Below, in pieces: positions 60,505 to 64,000 of a DNA stretch of 64,000 bases. Origin of the DNA: Cyanophora paradoxa CCMP329. Lineage: Eukaryota; Plantae; Glaucophyta. Every line of letters begins with the position of its first letter. Within the stretch, counting starts at the first letter, position 1. The notes beneath the pieces were generated by a model. That model had not been told where the DNA came from and did not search any database. It saw only the letters and a program-made list of their open reading frames with translations. Position numbers and translations under genes: made by a program. The stretch is from assembly GCA_004431415.1 (NCBI GenBank), contig QPMI01000123.1:62001-126000 (forward strand), given 5' to 3'.

Positions 60505-63500
60505 ATGCATAAAGCCGGCTCCAGGATACAGCCGATGTACAGCATGCAGCGCTCTTTCCTGTTGTTTCTCTTCTTTTGCCTTCTTTCCCCAGGTGCGGGT
60601 GCCGGACGCTGCAGTCAAATTCGCAGTGATATTGATTGCGCTTCTTGAATGCTTCTTTTTCGTCCTTCCTTTGCAGCGTTGGCGCAGGTCTCGATCCGCA
60701 ACACGGGTTGCGACGCGAGCGGCCTGGCACTCAGCGCGGCGCCTTGGTCCGATGGGACGTGGAAGTTGCTTCCTGGCCTGGGGGCGGCTCCTGTACGCAA
60801 ACCAGTGAACCAGATGCGGGCGGGCATCTTCCAAGCGAATTATATTTCAACTGTGGCTCGTGCGCAATTTGCTATGTTGGGCTGGTTCTGGCGACCGCAA
60901 TTAAGCTTATTTTTCGTAGTCGGAAGCTGCGCCGCTGCCACGCACACCTTCCGGCAAACATTTACAGTCGGCACTGGCTGCTCGCTGCCGGGAATCTCGT
61001 TGCAGCTCGAGTACGCCTCGTCCCACGCAATTCCAGCCGTACGCATCAACGGAGCCAGGTGATTATTTTATCCTTTAGATTGTATACTTCGATTTTTAAC
61101 CCTCAAGTCCGCAGCATTGGGGCGTTGGCAGCAAGCTTGACGGAAGTGAAAACAATGTCGATTTCAAATTCATTTCTTGTGAGCGGCTCCAACACTATCG
61201 AGGTAAGCAAATGTATTTCGAAGGGTACTCACTGTTCTACTCACTGTTCCGAGCAGATTGACCTCCTGGTCCCCGCGGCAGCCGTCTGCGGTGTCGCTAT
61301 GTCTTTCACGTCCACATGCCCCGGTGTGTTTTACCCGGTCAATTTAAAATTCGATTTTGTTTTGGCCCGTTCGTCACCCTTGCACTGGCAGACGGGGCCC
61401 TGGCTGCCGCTGCGTCGCCGCGGCAGACGGGCGACTTGCTGGCCCTCAACGCACTCGACACAAACTGGGATTACAACTTGGTCCGCTTGCCTCGTCGGAT
61501 CGTGACTGAAGCAAGCTATTTACGGTATTTCTGTAGTTCACTTCCGTGGGCCCCGACGCATGGAACACCGGATTCGACGTGGGCTCCGTCGTCGTAGGCA
61601 CCACGTGCGCACTCCCGCTCCCTTCTGTCCTCGTCCGCCCTCCAACAACATTTCTGTGATCTTACTCTATGCCTCTTCAACAGAAACACCCCGACGACGA
61701 TCCAGAAGATCGCGTTCATGCCCGACGACCCAGCTGGCGTAGGGACGTACCTGAACTTCGCGGGGGAGACAGTCCAGTACCGGACGACGTTCTCGCTGGA
61801 CGCGAATATCTATCCGGACAGCGCCTGCCTCTTTTTCTGGATGGGCTCCAACCAGCTCATTGCGAACGTCAAAGTCTCCAACACGGCGACCGGAAACGTT
61901 CTGTTCGAGTGCGTCCCACCGGAACCCACGCCGAATTCACTCTTACGCCTGCCCAGCTTCGGCACAGTCAACTCGAATTTCAACACAATGCTAGTGGATG
62001 ACGTTTTGAACCTCGTTAAGATCTGCAAGGGCACGCCATCTTACGCCGCTGGCAATGCGCTCTTCCCCGGCTGGGCGGTCGGCTCCAACGTTATCGAGGC
62101 TCGTGCTGCTTCGACACGCGCTCGCAGTCGCCTCCGCTGACCTCTCTTTTATAGGTGACGCTTGGAGGGGCGTCCTCCAGCGTCGGCTCGATCCTGTGGG
62201 CGAAGCCGGTCATGTACGGAGTCCAGAAGGGTCTGACCCCCGGCCCCTTCCCCGCGCCGTTTTACTGCCCGCGCCGACCTTGCGCCCCTGCCGCAGTGAA
62301 CCCGACGGTGACGCTGGCGGCGAGCGCGTCGCACCTCGGGCCCCTCACGGGCACCGTCCGCATGCTCCGCTGGGCCTCCATCGCCACCGTCTCCTGGTCC
62401 GGCCAGCCCTGGATCGGCCCCGGTACGCCTTCCGCTTGATCCGCTCCGAGTCTCTTTGTCGTGCCTAACGAAGAGCGGGCCGCAGCGACGACGGGGGCCA
62501 AGGCGGTGCAGGTGATCACGGACATGAACTGGGACGTGTACCCCCTCTCGGCGAACGTGACGGGGTCGCCCTGCGCCGGCGCGGCGGTGCTCTCGCTCGC
62601 CGTGACGGACAACTTCGGCAAGGCCGGCAGCGACGCGTTCGTGTCGGTGGCGATCACGGCGCCGGCGCCCGTCGTCGCCGTCTCGGCGGCCACGTACAGC
62701 CTCTCGGCGCCCTACGCCGAGTTCGTCATCTGGGGCACCGCCTCCTCCCCCGACGGCGCGGCCGTCGCGGCGGCCTGGTCGCAGCAGTTCCCGGTGGGGA
62801 CCCCCGTCTTCTCCTCCGCGTCCAACTCGGGCAACAACCACACCATCACCATCCCCGCCGGCGTCGCCCCGGGCACCGTCCGCGCCCGCCGCCCATCCTT
62901 CCTTTACCGCGCCTGACGGGCGGGGCGCAGTACACGTTCTCGTTGACGGCGACGGTCGCGTGCTCCGTCTCCACCACCGCCACCGTCGCCCTCACCGGCC
63001 CGCCCCCGCCCCGCTCGCCCCGCCCCTGATCCGCCCCGCGCTGACGGGCCCGCGCAGTGACGGCGTCGACGCCGACGATCGCCTTCCCGCCCGGGGTCAC
63101 GATCTCGACCTTCACGCAGCCCGTCGTGCAGTACACCTGGACCGCATCCGTCACTGTGCGCTCGCCCCGCCGCCCCCACCGGCTCGCCTCGTCGGCTCTT
63201 TGCCGAGGGTACTGTCCGCGCAGGACCTGGGCTCGGGCATCGCGACGGCGGTGTGGAGCTGCCTGACCTGCCCGCCCGCCACGGCCCTCGCGACGGGCGC
63301 GCTGGCCGGCGCCTTCCCCAACTACAACGTCAGCGGCACGATCACGTCGGCGCTGGCGCCCGGCTCGTACACGCTGCGCCTCACCGTCACGACGCCGGCG
63401 GCCCAGAGCGCCTCGGCCGACTTGCCGCTCGTCGTCAGCGCGGGGGCGCCGGCCGTGACGGCGCCGGCGCCGCTCTCGGTGACCATCCCCTACGCCGCGG

Positions 63501-64000
63501 GGAGCGCGGCGCTCGTCGCCACCGTCGACAACCCGTCGGGCACCCTCGCCTCCGCCAAGTGGGAGCTCCTCTCGGCCCCCGCGGGGAGCTCGGCGGCCCC
63601 CGGCGTCATCGCGAGCACGACGGCGGCGGCCGCGGGGGCGCCGCCCGGGACGACGCGGGTGGAGCTGCGGGCGGCGCTGCCGGTGTACGACGCGCAGGGG
63701 GCGTACACGTTCCGCGCGACGGCGACCAACTCGTACGGCCTCTCCGCCTCGGCCACCGCCACCGTCGCCGTCCTCGCCGAGGCCCCCGCCGTCCTCCTTC
63801 CGGCTCCCGCCGCCTCGGTCGCCCTCCCCGCCGCCTCCTACGCCCTCTCCGCCACCGTCGTGAACCGCGCGGGGACCCTCTCCTCGGCGGCCTGGAAGGT
63901 CGTGGGCGGGGCGGCGCTCGCCACGCAGCTCGCCGGCCCCGTGGCCGACGCGGCCGGGAACCCGACGTACACGGCGACGGCGACGCTGCCGCTGGGCGCG
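60505..64000 (+). CDS. 3'-partial secreted protein: signal peptide, two putative lectin-like jelly-roll domains, then PKD/Ig-like (KIAA0319-type) repeats
   Basis: MQRSFLLFLFFCLLSP|ALAQVSIRNTG, HTFRQTF..VRING and QYRTTFSL. Repeats read ..AxWxxxSxP...GxYTxRLTVT. The last exon from ~63224 is open to the window end. The start could be 60505, 60535 or 60544. Confidence 0.75.

Overview
This is intron-rich, very GC-rich eukaryotic nuclear DNA, not prokaryotic. Introns are mostly about 50-110 bp, with CTGAC/CTCAC/CTAAC-type branch points and frequent GC donors. The gene set includes a plastid-type signal peptidase, a RUS-family protein, the centriolar protein CCDC57 and Tom22. That points to a flagellated alga with a primary plastid; a glaucophyte such as Cyanophora is my inference only. 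I rebuilt about 18 spliced genes by hand. Most are housekeeping or conserved genes: Tom22, a GCK-VI STE20 kinase, an SLC25 carrier, a DUF2415 WD40 protein, serine racemase, DsbA/FrnE, CCDC57, RUS, a beta-hydroxyacid dehydrogenase and EEF1AKMT1. Four genes encode large repetitive, probably surface or structural proteins: an intronless viral-fibre-like 39-aa repeat protein, two paralogous predicted GPI-anchored proteins built from 8-9 disulfide-bearing bacterial-Ig-like repeats with one intron per repeat, and a lectin-like/PKD-repeat protein. An LRR-BTB gene is duplicated in inverted orientation around a 21-kb block. A transposon nest at 32.5-36.4 kb holds Tc1/mariner-type MITEs, an hAT element with a perfect 8-bp target-site duplication (TSD), a T-tailed SINE-like insertion and probable excision footprints. 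Two genes have unusual architectures: a ~1100-aa type I signal peptidase, and a GRDP/DUF1399 + Cys-rich + multi-TM protein. Most long ORFs in the supplied track are shadow frames or intron read-through. Exon models are manual and unverified by transcripts.
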